64,000 nucleotides of DNA from Spirosomataceae bacterium (GTDB lineage Bacteria; Bacteroidota; Bacteroidia; Cytophagales; Spirosomataceae): NCBI GenBank assembly GCA_043777595.1, contig JAYWHT010000044.1, forward strand, positions 73,060-137,059, given 5' to 3'. Below the pieces are notes generated by a model, which was not told the DNA's origin, made no database searches, and saw nothing but the letters and a program-made list of their open reading frames with translations. The translations under genes were made by a program, and so were the position numbers. Positions 10,554-20,391 of the stretch are shown piece by piece. The number at the start of each line of letters is the position of its first letter. Position 1 is the first letter of the stretch.

Positions 10554-11768
10554 TTATTTTTCAGTTTTTGAAAAAGTCCGCCAAGCCAAAAGAACGCTAA
10601 TAATAGTCAGCACAGACCCCATCATAAAAGCGGCACCTGGAAAGTATATTGGAGCGGCTTTGCTTGTAAAATATCCAAACAAATTGCTCATCATCAATGG
10701 CCCGATAATAGTTGTGATACTAACCAAACTTGTAAGCGAACCTTGCAACTCCCCTTGCTCGTTGGCAGGTACTTGCCCCGAAATAATACCCTGCAAAGCT
10801 GGCCCTGCCAAACCACCCAACGCATACGGAACCAAGATGGCGTACATCATCCAGCCCTCGTTGGCAAAAGCAAAGAGCATAAAACCCAGTGCATAAAAGC
10901 ACAATCCAAAATAAACTGAGTTTTGTGGGCCTAATTTTGGAATCAATACCCGTGTCAGTCCACCTTGTACGATAGCGACCATCAGACCCACAAAGGCAAG
11001 CGAATAACCGACTTGTTTGGGATTCCAGCCAAAACGCTCGATTGTAAAATACGACCAAGTGCCTTGTGTAGCGTGGCCTGCAATATAAATCAGTATCAAC
11101 GAAGCCACTAAGCCCATAATAACAGGGTAGCGTTTGAGATTGAGCAATGACCCGATTGGATTGGCTCGTTTCCAGTCAAAGGGGCGGCGGTTTTCTTTTG
11201 ACAATGACTCGGGTAAAATAAAATAGCCATAAAGCCAGTTGGCCAAACTAAGCCCTGCGGCTACAAAAAATGGTAATCGAGGGTCTTGTTCACCTAAAAT
11301 TCCACCCAAAACAGGACCAATAATAAAGCCCAAACCAAAGGCGGCACCAATTAGCCCAAAATTTTGCGCTCGGTTTTCGGGCGTGCTGATGTCGGCAATA
11401 TAAGCACTACCCGTTGTAAAACTCGCCCCAGCAATACCTGCCAAAAGTCGCCCCAAAAACAGCCAGCCAATCGTGGGCGCAAAAGCCAAGAAAAGATAGT
11501 CGATACCAAAACCTAAAAGTGAGATCAGTAACACAGGACGGCGGCCATATTGATCGCTCAGGCCACCCAAAATAGGTGAAAACAAAAACTGCATGGCAGC
11601 GTAAGCAAACATCAACAAACCACCATAGCGAGAAGCCGTACTGACAGTACCGTCGGTCATACCTCTAATGAGTTGTGGAATAACCGGAACAATGATACCG
11701 AGGCCAATTACATCGACCAAGAGCGTAATAAATATAAAAACAAGTGCGGGTGTTTGTCGTTTGGACAT
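10554..11768 (-). CDS. MFS efflux transporter, TetA/TCR-like
   Basis: 404 aa with 12 TM segments and the MFS motifs '[14 protein letters not shown]' and 'GPVLGGILG'. Confidence 0.85.
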   Translation of the reverse strand: MSKRQTPALVFIFITLLVDVIGLGIIVPVIPQLIRGMTDGTVSTASRYGGLLMFAYAAMQFLFSPILGGLSDQYGRRPVLLISLLGFGIDYLFLAFAPTIGWLFLGRLLAGIAGASFTTGSAYIADISTPENRAQNFGLIGAAFGLGFIIGPVLGGILGEQDPRLPFFVAAGLSLANWLYGYFILPESLSKENRRPFDWKRANPIGSLLNLKRYPVIMGLVASLILIYIAGHATQGTWSYFTIERFGWNPKQVGYSLAFVGLMVAIVQGGLTRVLIPKLGPQNSVYFGLCFYALGFMLFAFANEGWMMYAILVPYALGGLAGPALQGIISGQVPANEQGELQGSLTSLVSITTIIGPLMMSNLFGYFTSKAAPIYFPGAAFMMGSVLTIISVLLAWRTFSKTEK

Positions 11769-11981
11769 TATGTTTGGGAGAAGTCGTTGAATGATATACG
11801 CTAATTATTTTCGTATTTGCTGTCAAAAAAGATTGAATGCAAAGTTACAAAAAAACTCTGAACTAAACGAAATAGGTACTTTGGCTACGATAAATGTTAA
11901 ATTTCAATAAAAACGACCTAAAAATCTTGAAATAACGTTTTTGTTGTACTAATTCGCATAAAAATAAATTGATTCTAAACA

Positions 11982-12344
11982 ATGAAATACCTAAATCTTG
12001 GTACACTCCTTATTTCTTTTGTGCTTGTATTGGGTTGTGAAAGTACCGACAGCCAACCCGATAACCTGATTTCTGAACAAGAAATGGCCAAAATATTGGT
12101 TGATATTCATGTCATTGAGGCACGTGTAAACAAAATGGCTTTGTCTAACTTAGACACTTCGACTTTGGTAAATGAACGCCTGAAACTGTCGCTTTTCAAA
12201 CAGTACAAGACCGACAGCTTGACCTTTAACCGTAGTTATCAGTTTTATTCTACCCACCCCGACTACTTTGAGCGTATTTACGAAGACGTGATTAAGCAGT
12301 TGTCTGTACGTGAAAAAAAGAAAAATTATAAGAATCTTAGGTAA
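11982..12344 (+). CDS. DUF4296-like lipoprotein
   Basis: Lipobox 'VLVLGC' and 'ISEQEMAKILVDIHVIEARV', typical of the Bacteroidota DUF4296 family. Confidence 0.65.
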   Translation: MKYLNLGTLLISFVLVLGCESTDSQPDNLISEQEMAKILVDIHVIEARVNKMALSNLDTSTLVNERLKLSLFKQYKTDSLTFNRSYQFYSTHPDYFERIYEDVIKQLSVREKKKNYKNLR

Positions 12345-12431
12345 ATAATTGTTTGATTTGATTCATTACTTGCTCATATTACACAACTAAAAAACAACAC
12401 CGTAGGTATGCACTGTTAGCAGTTAAAATGG

Positions 12432-12530
12432 GTAGATAAAAAGCCCCATCGGGGCGACCTATTTGTAGATAAAAAGCCCCATCGGGGCGACCTGTTTGTA
12501 GACAAGAAGCCCCATCGGGGCGACCTGTTG
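12432..12530. repeat. Three tandem 33-bp repeats, each with a GCCCC-ATC-GGGGC hairpin
   Basis: The units start at 12432, 12465 and 12498 ('GTAGA[T/C]AA[A/G]AAGCCCCATCGGGGCGACCT[A/G]TTT'). The array lies between convergent genes. Confidence 0.9.
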
Positions 12531-12591
12531 GTAAATAGGTTATGGCTGACACATTTTAGACAAACAACCTCAATCAACGATGGGTCGATGG

Positions 12592-14535
12592 CTAATACAT
12601 ATCTTCGATTCTGAATAAATGAAAAGGCATGACCTGTGGATCGAGCGATACAAAATTACTGTCGCCTTTCCAATAATAAACTGCTCCCGTTATGAGGTCA
12701 TGTACTCGATAGCTTTCCCAAGCCGATTTACCGATTTTATTGAGCGGTATCTTGACCATGCCGCTCTGTGTGTTGTGTACGTCTAAGTTGGCAATACACA
12801 AAATACGATTGCCGTTTGAGTGCGTTTTCAGGTATGCCAGTAGCTGGTCGTTATTGATTTCGCAAAAAACAATATTATTGGTTTCTTGTAGTGCCGAGTT
12901 TTCTTTGCGGGCTTGGTTTACTTTTGATATAATCTCAATCAAATTGTTAGATTTATCCCAATCCCAATGCCCAATTTCATACTTTTCAGAGTTCCAATAT
13001 TCTTCTTTCTTGGGAAATGGCGTACCTTCCATCAGCTCAAAAGTAGGGCCAAAAATACCATAATTTGACGACAGCGTGGCCGCCATAAAAAACTTTAAGA
13101 TATAGGCAGGCTCATAGCCATACTGCAAGGCAGGCACGAGAATATCGTGGGTGTTGGGCCAAAAGTTGGGTCTAAAATAATACTTCATTTCGCTCTGAGT
13201 CAGTTCGTTCATGTAGTCAATGAGTTCAGACTTAGAGTTGCGCCAACTATAATAAGTATAAGATTGCGTGTAGCCGCTCTTGGCGAGTTGCTGCATGACC
13301 TTGGGACGGGTAAAGGCTTCGGCCAAGAAAATCATATCTGGATATACTTTGTGCGTTTCGGCAATGACCCACTCCCAAAACCCAAAGGCTTTGGTGTGCG
13401 GGTTATCGACTCTGATGATTTTAACGCCCCATTCGCCCCACAACAAAATAATACGTTTTAGTTCGTTCCAGAGGCTTTCCCAGGCTTCGGTTTCAAAGTT
13501 GATTGGGTAAATATCTTGGTATTTTTTAGGTGGATTTTCGGCATACAGAATCGTGCCATCTGGCCTAATCTTAAACCACTCGGGGTGTTGCTTGGCCCAA
13601 GGGTGGTCTGGTGAGCATTGAATGGCCAAATCTAAGGCTATTTCAATGCCATGCTTTTTTGACTCTGACACCAAACTTTTAAAGTCCGCCAACGTACCCA
13701 GTTCGGGGTGAATGGCATCGTGCCCACCCAACTCAGAGCCAATGCCATAGGGTACGCCTGGCTCGTTGGGCAGGCAAACGGTATTGTTGTTTTTTCCTTT
13801 TCTAAACTGCATACCAATAGGGTGAATCGGTGGCAAGTACAGCACATCAAACCCCATGCGCTCGATGCGAGGCAACAGCTTTTCGACATCTCTGAACGTA
13901 CCATGCTGCCCAGCCACAGCCGAAGCCGACCGAGGAAACATTGAGTACCAAGCCGAAAACCCAGCCGCAGGTCTATCGACCCATACTCGCAGAGCCGTTG
14001 AGCGGGTGGCGTTGTCTATTTCAGGATATTTATGTAGCCAGTTTTTGACGCTTTCGCTTGTAGCAAGGCGTATGGCTTGGTCATATTGGGCTGGAGTTTC
14101 AAAAACTTTGATAGCCGTCTTGATGGCTTCTTTGTCGGTTTTGTCGGCACGTTTGGCCATGCGTATCAGTAGTTTTGAGCCAACCAACAACTCGCTACTG
14201 ATGTGCTGCCCATCTGCTATTTTGAGATGTATTTCGTGTTCCCAAGAAAGCAAATGGTCTAACCAACCCTCAACAACGTAACTATAAAACCCTTCTTTTA
14301 TTACCTCAAAGCTGCCAGCCCAGCGGTCGTTACCGATGCTATTAAAAGTACCAACTTGCCAGTCTTTATCGGTATCGTGTTTGTACAGCAACCTTGCCGA
14401 TACGTGGTCATGGCCGTCGGCCAGTACGTCGGCCTCTACCTCTATTTTTTGTTTTGGTATAGCTTTGATAAAATAACGACCGCCATCAATTTGTGGCGTA
14501 ATGTGTTCTATAATTACTCTCTGTTGTCCTGTCAT
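12592..14535 (-). CDS. glgE: Alpha-1,4-glucan:maltose-1-phosphate maltosyltransferase
   Basis: N-terminal 'VIIEHITPQIDGGRYFIKA' (GlgE N-domain) and the GH13 blocks 'GVKIIRVDNPHTK' and 'MIFLAEAFTRPKVM'. Confidence 0.85.
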   Translation of the reverse strand: MTGQQRVIIEHITPQIDGGRYFIKAIPKQKIEVEADVLADGHDHVSARLLYKHDTDKDWQVGTFNSIGNDRWAGSFEVIKEGFYSYVVEGWLDHLLSWEHEIHLKIADGQHISSELLVGSKLLIRMAKRADKTDKEAIKTAIKVFETPAQYDQAIRLATSESVKNWLHKYPEIDNATRSTALRVWVDRPAAGFSAWYSMFPRSASAVAGQHGTFRDVEKLLPRIERMGFDVLYLPPIHPIGMQFRKGKNNNTVCLPNEPGVPYGIGSELGGHDAIHPELGTLADFKSLVSESKKHGIEIALDLAIQCSPDHPWAKQHPEWFKIRPDGTILYAENPPKKYQDIYPINFETEAWESLWNELKRIILLWGEWGVKIIRVDNPHTKAFGFWEWVIAETHKVYPDMIFLAEAFTRPKVMQQLAKSGYTQSYTYYSWRNSKSELIDYMNELTQSEMKYYFRPNFWPNTHDILVPALQYGYEPAYILKFFMAATLSSNYGIFGPTFELMEGTPFPKKEEYWNSEKYEIGHWDWDKSNNLIEIISKVNQARKENSALQETNNIVFCEINNDQLLAYLKTHSNGNRILCIANLDVHNTQSGMVKIPLNKIGKSAWESYRVHDLITGAVYYWKGDSNFVSLDPQVMPFHLFRIEDMY

Positions 14536-14731
14536 GGGGTTGGTTAAATATGGTGGATATTCGACTGTGGGGTATCTGATAAATGTTGTGTAGCGTTATT
14601 TTAAATCTGTTTGCTAACTCTAAACTTCGATTTTAATGTCTAAAACGACACAAACATAAGTAAAAAAAAATATTTCAATATCTTTATTTTTGACTAAATT
14701 GCGCCCAAATTCATAAAACGTATATTTTCAG

Positions 14732-14905
14732 ATGGAACAAACATCACAAACAAAAGACATTCATTGGAGTTGGATATTGGCTTTTTTCCTGCTCATTATG
14801 GTTTTATTGATTATTTTTGGCGACCTACTTACCTTCATAGTAGGTCTCATAGTCGAATCGTTGGTTTTTGTGGGCTACTACCACGACAAAAATCAGCACA
14901 TCTAA
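14732..14905 (+). CDS. Possible 57-aa membrane protein (below the track cutoff)
   Basis: An ATG-to-TAA ORF, 'MEQTSQTKDIHWSWILAFFLLIMVLLIIFGDLLTFIVGLIVESLVFVGYYHDKNQHI', with two hydrophobic helices. It lies 63 nt upstream of sucD. Confidence 0.35.
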   Translation: MEQTSQTKDIHWSWILAFFLLIMVLLIIFGDLLTFIVGLIVESLVFVGYYHDKNQHI

Positions 14906-14968
14906 AAAATATTTTACCACAAAATACTGTACGTCAAGCAAGGCAAGGTATTTTTATCAAACTATCAA

Positions 14969-15847
14969 ATGAGCGTATTAGTAAACAAAGACTCACGAGT
15001 TATTGTGCAAGGTTTTACAGGCACAGAAGGTACATTCCATGCCCAACAAATGATTGAGTATGGAACAAACGTTGTAGGTGGCGTAACCCCAGGCAAAGGT
15101 GGGCAGGTTCATTTGGAGCGGCCAGTTTTCAATACAGTCGAAGATGCCGTTCAGCAAGCGGCTGCCAATGTCTCTATAATTTTTGTACCACCAGCGTTTG
15201 CCGCCGATGCCATCATGGAGGCTGCCGATGCAGGTATTGGAGTCATTATTTGTATTACGGAGGGAATCCCGACCAAAGACATGATGATTGCCAAAGAATA
15301 TATTAGTACCAAAAACTGCCGTCTAATAGGTCCCAACTGCCCAGGCGTAATGACAGCCGAAGTATGCAAAGTTGGCATTATGCCAGGTTTTATTTTCAAA
15401 AAAGGAACAGTAGGTATTGTCTCAAAATCTGGTACATTGACCTACGAAGCCGTTGACCAACTGACCAGAGTAGGGCTTGGCCAGACTACTGCCATAGGCA
15501 TTGGTGGCGACCCGATTATTGGCACAACAACCAAAGAAGCCGTAGAATTGTTGATGAACGACCCCGAGACAGAAGCCATCGTGATGATAGGCGAGATAGG
15601 CGGCGGCATGGAAGCCGAAGCCGCTCACTGGATAAAAGCCGATGGCAACCGCAAGCCTGTTGTAGGCTTTATAGCAGGCCAGACGGCACCAAAGGGTCGT
15701 CGTATGGGTCATGCTGGCGCAATAGTTGGAGGCTCAGACGACACCGCTGCCGCCAAAATGCGCATCATGGCCGAGTGTGGTATTTATGTTGTAGAGTCGC
15801 CAGCACTCATTGGCGAAACCATGCTAAAAGCACTTGGCAAAGCATAA
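14969..15847 (+). CDS. sucD: Succinate--CoA ligase subunit alpha
   Basis: '[15 protein letters not shown]' and the phosphohistidine loop 'MGHAGAIV'. Confidence 0.97.
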   Translation: MSVLVNKDSRVIVQGFTGTEGTFHAQQMIEYGTNVVGGVTPGKGGQVHLERPVFNTVEDAVQQAAANVSIIFVPPAFAADAIMEAADAGIGVIICITEGIPTKDMMIAKEYISTKNCRLIGPNCPGVMTAEVCKVGIMPGFIFKKGTVGIVSKSGTLTYEAVDQLTRVGLGQTTAIGIGGDPIIGTTTKEAVELLMNDPETEAIVMIGEIGGGMEAEAAHWIKADGNRKPVVGFIAGQTAPKGRRMGHAGAIVGGSDDTAAAKMRIMAECGIYVVESPALIGETMLKALGKA

Positions 15848-15854
15848 AAACGAA

Positions 15855-17066
15855 ATGACCGTTAATGTTAATATCGAGACAAAAGCACAAGGCTCTTTTT
15901 CAATCCGAAAAAGAGCCTTGTGCTTTTGTCTTTTTATTTACTACTGTTCGCTACAAGTCGTTCATGCTCAAATAGATTTCAAAAAAGACTACTTTACTGT
16001 TTATGACTTCAAAAACGACTGGCTGATTTATGACCAAAGTTACAAAGACTATGTGCCATTTGTAGCTCAAAACAGCGTAAACGAGTCTGCTTTGAGTATA
16101 TTGATAGACATTGAGAGCAATCGGAAATATGACTTGCTGATTTATGTAAAAAAAGATAGTTATTTGTTTTTGGACGCATCACTCAACCAACGCCTCAAAC
16201 CCGAAACTTGGACTCGGATACCAATAGACAGCCTGTTTCGGACATACAAAAAACCACAAATACTCGTTACTTTTTATGGTACTTCGGGTATTGACGATAA
16301 GACTGTACTGATTGGCCATAGAAAAGCAAACCGAGATGAAAAACTTATCAACATTGCCGATGAGTCATTTTTGAGTCTTAGACCACGTAATATCTCGCCA
16401 CTCAACGATTTTTTTGTAGTATCTCTGTTCTTTATTATTTGCATAGGAGCATTTCTCTTTGGTAGTTTTGGTCGAGCGTTTGGTCGCTTTATTGATGTCC
16501 GAGACTTATTTACTACCAACGTCAAAGATGAGTTTTTGGTTGGCCGTCCACTGAGTAGAGTCAATCTGTTTTTTATTTTGCTGCTCTCAATCGAAGTATC
16601 GTTCATTTATTTTTTGGTTAGAAGCAAAAACTATTATCTTTTTTCTGGAAATAATTTCTTGGCAAACGAACAAATACTAATTCAAAATTTATGGAATTTT
16701 CTAAAAATAATTTTTATTGTTTTTGGCCTGTATATCATCAAATATTTTGCGCTCTACTTATTTTCGTCCCTTTATCGATTAGACTCGATTGTTAATGTCC
16801 ACTATTTCAAAGTGATTCAATCGTCATTGATTTTTTTTACAATTATGCTCTCAGGAATTTCGATAGTTTCTTTTTATGTAGTTGATTGGCAGTTAATAAT
16901 CACAAGTACTATCGTTTATCCAGCTATTGTATTTTATGTTCTAAGGCTTCTATTGCTTTATATAACAATTAAGAACAGTGCGCCGACTAAAAATTTATAT
17001 TTAATTTCGTACCTTTGTATCGCCGAACTCGTACCTCTCATAATCGGCATAAAATATGCACTTTGA
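15855..17066 (+). CDS. DUF4271-like multi-pass membrane protein
   Basis: Signal-like 'CFCLFIYYCSLQVVHAQ' followed by about 6 TM segments in the C-terminal half. It sits immediately upstream of hemD, as is usual for this family. The start is uncertain: ATG 15834, ATG 15855, or a TTG inside the terminator arm. Confidence 0.65.
   Translation: MTVNVNIETKAQGSFSIRKRALCFCLFIYYCSLQVVHAQIDFKKDYFTVYDFKNDWLIYDQSYKDYVPFVAQNSVNESALSILIDIESNRKYDLLIYVKKDSYLFLDASLNQRLKPETWTRIPIDSLFRTYKKPQILVTFYGTSGIDDKTVLIGHRKANRDEKLINIADESFLSLRPRNISPLNDFFVVSLFFIICIGAFLFGSFGRAFGRFIDVRDLFTTNVKDEFLVGRPLSRVNLFFILLLSIEVSFIYFLVRSKNYYLFSGNNFLANEQILIQNLWNFLKIIFIVFGLYIIKYFALYLFSSLYRLDSIVNVHYFKVIQSSLIFFTIMLSGISIVSFYVVDWQLIITSTIVYPAIVFYVLRLLLLYITIKNSAPTKNLYLISYLCIAELVPLIIGIKYAL
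15879..15940 (+). terminator. Rho-independent terminator of sucD
   Basis: A perfect 22-bp stem (15879-15900 pairs with 15908-15929), a 7-nt loop, then 'CTTTTTATTT'. Confidence 0.8.
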
Positions 17067-17106
17067 CGAGTAAACGTTTATATAATTTAAAAGCGTCTAA
17101 TTTTCG

Positions 17107-17889
17107 ATGAGCCAAACACACCTAATGCAAGAAGACAGACTGAACAAAGTTGAGAGCATTCTCGTAACTCAACCCTATCCTACTGACGAAAAGTCGCCTT
17201 ATTTTGAACTGGCCGAAAGATATGGTCTAAAAATAGATTTTCGACCCTTTATCGAAATCCAAGGAATTGCTTTCAGAGACTTCAGAAAGCAAAAAGTAAA
17301 TATTTTGGAACATACGGCTATTATTTTTACAAGCCGCAATGCCGTAGATCACTTTTTTAGGCTCTGCAAAGAAGCCCGAATAGAAATGCCAGCCGAAATG
17401 AAATACTTTTGTGTGTCCGAGCAAACTTCGCACTATCTCCAAAAATACATTCAAATCAGAAAGCGTAAAATATTTACAGGCAAAAAAACCTCAGCCGATT
17501 TATTGGAACTCATTAACAAACACAAAACCGAAAAATTTTTGTTTCCATGTTCGGACAAACGGCGCAGGGATATTCCAGAATTTATGGATACCAACGACCT
17601 ACAACTGACCGAGGCCATGATTTATGAAACGGTATCGGCTGATCTATCTGACCTGACCGATGTGTTTTATGACATTATTTGTTTTTATAGCCCATCAGGA
17701 ATCAAGTCATTGATGGACAATTTTCCTGGGTATGAGCAAAACAACACCCGTATGGCGGCTTTCGGCCCAACCACCGCCCGAGCCGTAATTGAAGCAGGTT
17801 TGGTGCTGGACATAGAAGCCCCAATGCCCAATGCACCGTCGATGACGGGCGCAATCGAAATTTATATCAAGAAGGCAAATACCATTTAG
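17107..17889 (+). CDS. hemD: Uroporphyrinogen-III synthase
   Basis: 260 aa with the HemD-like blocks 'ILVTQP', 'IIFTSRNAVDHF' and 'AFGPTTARA'. Confidence 0.75.
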   Translation: MSQTHLMQEDRLNKVESILVTQPYPTDEKSPYFELAERYGLKIDFRPFIEIQGIAFRDFRKQKVNILEHTAIIFTSRNAVDHFFRLCKEARIEMPAEMKYFCVSEQTSHYLQKYIQIRKRKIFTGKKTSADLLELINKHKTEKFLFPCSDKRRRDIPEFMDTNDLQLTEAMIYETVSADLSDLTDVFYDIICFYSPSGIKSLMDNFPGYEQNNTRMAAFGPTTARAVIEAGLVLDIEAPMPNAPSMTGAIEIYIKKANTI

Positions 17890-17910
17890 TACTTGTTTTT
17901 CGTTCTAAAA

Positions 17911-17940
17911 ATGGACTGTTTCTGGCAGTCCATTTTTTTT
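17911..17940 (+). terminator. Rho-independent terminator after hemD
   Basis: 'ATGGACTG-TTTCTGG-CAGTCCAT' followed by a T8 run. Confidence 0.7.
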
Positions 17941-17994
17941 GTTTAAAATTTTTGTTTTAATTGTGTCTCGTTTCGGTTTTACCTTACTATTCAT

Positions 17995-18966
17995 ATGTTT
18001 TTTATGAAATATTCAGTTATATTTTTGTTGGTATTGGTCTTGTTTGCAACCACAACGCAAGCACAACAAGATGCACAGTTTAGTCTTTTTCCGTACAATC
18101 AACTATACTGGAACCCTGCCGCTACTGCCAACGATGGACAAACTCGGCTACAATTACACAACCGCTGGCAATGGTCTGGCTATCAGGGTACATTTGACGA
18201 TGGCGGCGCACCCAATACACTCGTAGCCTCAGCACAAATACCGCTCAATTTTATCAAGAGTGCCGTAGGCGTGCATTATGTAAGCGATAAGCTCGGGGCA
18301 ATGAACAGCCAAGAAGTACAGCTATCGTATGCCTATAAACTCAAACTCGGCGACAATACCTTGGCCATTGGCGCACGGGCTGGCATATACAGCCGAGCCA
18401 TCGACTATACTATTCTCAGAGCCAGAGATGCCGGCGACCCGCTGATTGGTACTGGGCGAGTGGCACAGTCAAAACCAGACTTGGCACTGGGGCTTTGGTA
18501 CGATGCAGCAGCCTATTATGTGGGCGTAAGCGTCAATCACCTCAATCAGTCGCAGTTTTCGCTTGGCTCAGACAAAGCTACCAATACCCTCAAACCCAAT
18601 ATGTACGTCACGGCAGGTTATAGATTTGAGCCATTGTACGCACTCGAAGTACAGCCAGTGGTGATGCTCAAAACGGGTACTGATTTTAATCTGAAAGCCG
18701 CCTCTGTCGAAGCTGGGTTTATTGCTACCTATGACGAGCGTTTTTTTGGAGGCATCACTTACCGTCTGTCGGACTCGGTGGTGGGTATTTTGGGGGCAAA
18801 TTTAGTATCAAATCGACTTAGAATAGCCTTGGCGTTTGATGCCACGGTGATTTTTCAGGAAACCAAAAGCCCGCAGTCTTACGAGATATTACTGTCTTAC
18901 GCTCTGCCTGCACCCAACTTGGGCGGCAAAAAAACAATCGTCCGAACGCCCCGATTTAGGTATTGA
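17995..18966 (+). CDS. PorP/SprF-family type IX secretion membrane protein
   Basis: Signal peptide followed by 'QQDAQFSLFPYNQLYWNPAATA', the family N-terminal signature. The overall composition fits a beta-barrel. Confidence 0.8.
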   Translation: MFFMKYSVIFLLVLVLFATTTQAQQDAQFSLFPYNQLYWNPAATANDGQTRLQLHNRWQWSGYQGTFDDGGAPNTLVASAQIPLNFIKSAVGVHYVSDKLGAMNSQEVQLSYAYKLKLGDNTLAIGARAGIYSRAIDYTILRARDAGDPLIGTGRVAQSKPDLALGLWYDAAAYYVGVSVNHLNQSQFSLGSDKATNTLKPNMYVTAGYRFEPLYALEVQPVVMLKTGTDFNLKAASVEAGFIATYDERFFGGITYRLSDSVVGILGANLVSNRLRIALAFDATVIFQETKSPQSYEILLSYALPAPNLGGKKTIVRTPRFRY

Positions 18967-18980
18967 TTGGAAGGCAAACT

Positions 18981-19277
18981 TTAATCCAAAACGAAGAAAT
19001 ATACCCCCAAAAGTATAGCCAGTGTACTGACAAGGATCAATATAAATCTTATTTCAAACTCTCTGTGGGCATGGTAATAGTCGAACACCAATGAAGCAGA
19101 CAGTGCCGATAACATCATAAAACCACAGCCAAAAGCAACTTCTTGCCGATAAAAAGCGTATCGACTAAGTAGCGAGCTTCCCATCAAAATATAAAGTAGC
19201 CAAAGTCCAAATCCAGTTTTGTATAAATATTGGCTAAGGCGGCGATCGTTTTTTATATCAAAAATATTGTCTGCCAT
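18981..19277 (-). CDS. Hypothetical small membrane protein
   Basis: 98 aa with three hydrophobic segments and no recognisable motif. Confidence 0.45.
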   Translation of the reverse strand: MADNIFDIKNDRRLSQYLYKTGFGLWLLYILMGSSLLSRYAFYRQEVAFGCGFMMLSALSASLVFDYYHAHREFEIRFILILVSTLAILLGVYFFVLD

Positions 19278-19354
19278 GGCTTTATTGGTATTGTTTTGAT
19301 GTGAATTTACCTATTTTTGTACTCAATAACAACGTCTTGTAAACAAACAGGCTT

Positions 19355-20338
19355 ATGTCGCTCAAAGTTCTTATCATACGGTTTTCTTCGATTGGCGACA
19401 TCGTTCTGACAACGCCTGTGGTGCGGTGTCTCAAACAACAACGCCCCGATGTAGAAATACACTATTTGACCAAAAGCACTTTTCGGTTTTTGATTGAAAA
19501 CAATCCCTACATTGACCAAATCCATACCCTTGACGGCAGTCTTTGGCAGACGATTGGACGGCTAAAAAAAGAAAATTTCGATATTATCATTGACCTTCAC
19601 AACAACCTCAGAACGTTACAAATTAGAATTGCGCTGGGGGTTCAGTCGTATAGTTTTAATAAACTAAACTGGGAAAAATGGCTACTCGTCAATATGCGAA
19701 TGAACGTACTGCCCAACATACACATTGTGGACAGGTACATGGAAACCGTCAGAACGCTATCAGTCAAAAACGACCACGTTGGGCTTGACTATTTTGTGCC
19801 ATACAGAGACGTTATAGAACGAGACTGGCTACCCGAAACGCACCAGCGCAGCTATGTGGCCTTTGCGATTGGTGGCCAACACAATACCAAAAAATTACCC
19901 AAAGCTCGAATCGTAGAACTTTGTAATAAAATCAACTATCCGATTGTACTATTGGGTGGCAAAGAAGACACCGCCGATGGTGATTTTGTGGAGCAGGCAG
20001 TAGGCAAACATCTGGTATTTAATGCTTGTGGTAAATATAATTTCAATCAGTCGGCTTCGGTCATTGAGCAGTCGAAGGTGGTTTTTTCGCACGATACTGG
20101 ACTGATGCACGTGGCGGCGGCTTTTAAGAAAAAAGTGTATTCTATCTGGGGCAATACCGTCCCCGAGTTTGGAATGTACCCGTATCAAACTCATTTTTCA
20201 ATTATCGAAAACCGCTCGTTGGCTTGCCGCCCTTGCTCAAAAATTGGTCATAACAAATGTCCTCATGGCCATTTTAAGTGTATGAACGAAGTACCTTTTG
20301 ATTTTGAAATTAAAGAATTGAATAAAATTTTTAAATGA
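19355..20338 (+). CDS. Glycosyltransferase family 9 (LPS heptosyltransferase-like)
   Basis: 'KVLIIRFSSIGDIVLTTPVVRCLK' and 'HDTGLMHVAAAF', typical of GT9. Confidence 0.85.
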   Translation: MSLKVLIIRFSSIGDIVLTTPVVRCLKQQRPDVEIHYLTKSTFRFLIENNPYIDQIHTLDGSLWQTIGRLKKENFDIIIDLHNNLRTLQIRIALGVQSYSFNKLNWEKWLLVNMRMNVLPNIHIVDRYMETVRTLSVKNDHVGLDYFVPYRDVIERDWLPETHQRSYVAFAIGGQHNTKKLPKARIVELCNKINYPIVLLGGKEDTADGDFVEQAVGKHLVFNACGKYNFNQSASVIEQSKVVFSHDTGLMHVAAAFKKKVYSIWGNTVPEFGMYPYQTHFSIIENRSLACRPCSKIGHNKCPHGHFKCMNEVPFDFEIKELNKIFK

Positions 20339-20356
20339 ATACCCCTACATATAAAA

Positions 20357-20382
20357 ACTCCCCCTCTGGGAGTTTGGGGGCT
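20357..20382 (+). repeat. Copy 1 of a ~25-nt C5/G5 motif just upstream of a start codon
   Basis: 'ACTCCCCCTCTGGGAGTTTGGGGGCT', 9 nt before ATG 20392. It is related to 21107..21130. Confidence 0.5.
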
Positions 20383-20391
20383 GTTATTACT

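Noticed and set aside
12432-12530. The possibility that the 33-bp repeats form a small CRISPR array.
   Set aside because: The repeats are directly tandem with no unique spacers, there are only three units, and no cas genes lie in the window.
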